A stretch of DNA of 63,801 nucleotides, counting the filler, from Licmophora abbreviata (Eukaryota): the NCBI GenBank assembly GCA_900291995.1. It is 26 parts of 26 records of this genome, joined end to end, with 100 filler letters (N's around TTAATTAATTAA, not from the genome) between each part and the next. Parts side by side here need not be neighbours in the genome. Positions count along the whole stretch, not along the records: positions 62,217 to 63,801 come from OLMU01002197.1; 25 more parts are not named here. One strand, given 5' to 3'. Every line of letters starts with the position of its first letter. Within the stretch, counting starts at the first letter, position 1. The notes under the pieces are model-generated. The model did no database searches. It was not told where the DNA came from and saw only the letters and a list, made by a program, of their open reading frames with translations. The position numbers were made by a program, and so were the translations under genes. Positions 63,537 through 63,801 of the stretch are shown here, one piece after another.

Positions 63537-63801
63537 ATGCATAAGCTGTTGCTGGCTGATGATCACGGGCTTGTGCGTGAAACGATCGCGGATTACCTGC
63601 GATCGCAGGGTGGATTTGCGGTCTCGGCTGCCGGGTCGCTGGATGAGGCCATGGCGATCGAAACCGAGCAGGGGCCGCATGACCTTGTTTTGCTTGATTA
63701 TTCGATGCCGGGCATGGACACGTTGGCCGGGTTGGCGCGGATGAAAGAGCATGCCGGGGGTCCTGTGGCGATCCTGTCGGGGACGGCGTCGGCCGATGTG
63801 G
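63537..63801 (+). CDS. Response regulator receiver domain, NarL/LuxR-like (runs off the window)
   Basis: Not in the ORF track. AGGAGG RBS; MHKLLLADDHGLVRE...DLVLLDYSMPGM...VAILSG. Confidence 0.88.
   Translation, partial: MHKLLLADDHGLVRETIADYLRSQGGFAVSAAGSLDEAMAIETEQGPHDLVLLDYSMPGMDTLAGLARMKEHAGGPVAILSGTASADV

Overview
Draft-assembly scaffold from a GC-rich alphaproteobacterium. Gene content and style point to Rhodobacterales/Roseobacter group (inference). It is broken by 25 artificial 100-nt linkers (N44-TTAATTAATTAA-N44), so many genes are split. Left to right: (1) a partial LacI regulator and a single-ORF rve/DDE insertion sequence with long GGGG-ended inverted repeats; (2) a ~15.5 kb accessory cluster, the most unusual part: a divergent IclR regulator, then co-oriented SCP2-like protein, alpha/beta hydrolase, AttM/BlcC-like lactonase, a sugar-type ABC transporter with oversized subunits, a proteorhodopsin-like opsin lacking the retinal-binding Lys (K->R), a YqiK-type flotillin, a membrane protein, a Na+/solute symporter and an Fe-alcohol dehydrogenase; (3) LysR, SDR remnant, thioesterase; (4) urease ureDABCEFG and urea ABC urtABCD with a permease-fused hybrid kinase and response regulator; (5) peptide-type ABC, GntR, edd-eda, DadA-like oxidoreductase with TAXI-TRAP and LysR; (6) a low-oxygen cluster (BON protein, two-component pair, FnrL-like regulator, DUF2267, HPF-CSD) with FNR-type boxes; (7) tamA-tamB, RND permease, and a PruR-like pterin-binding protein next to a WX7E sensor, with a CtrA-type box and a response regulator. 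No rRNA, tRNA or CRISPR array was recognised. All family calls are from motif recognition by eye, without database searches.
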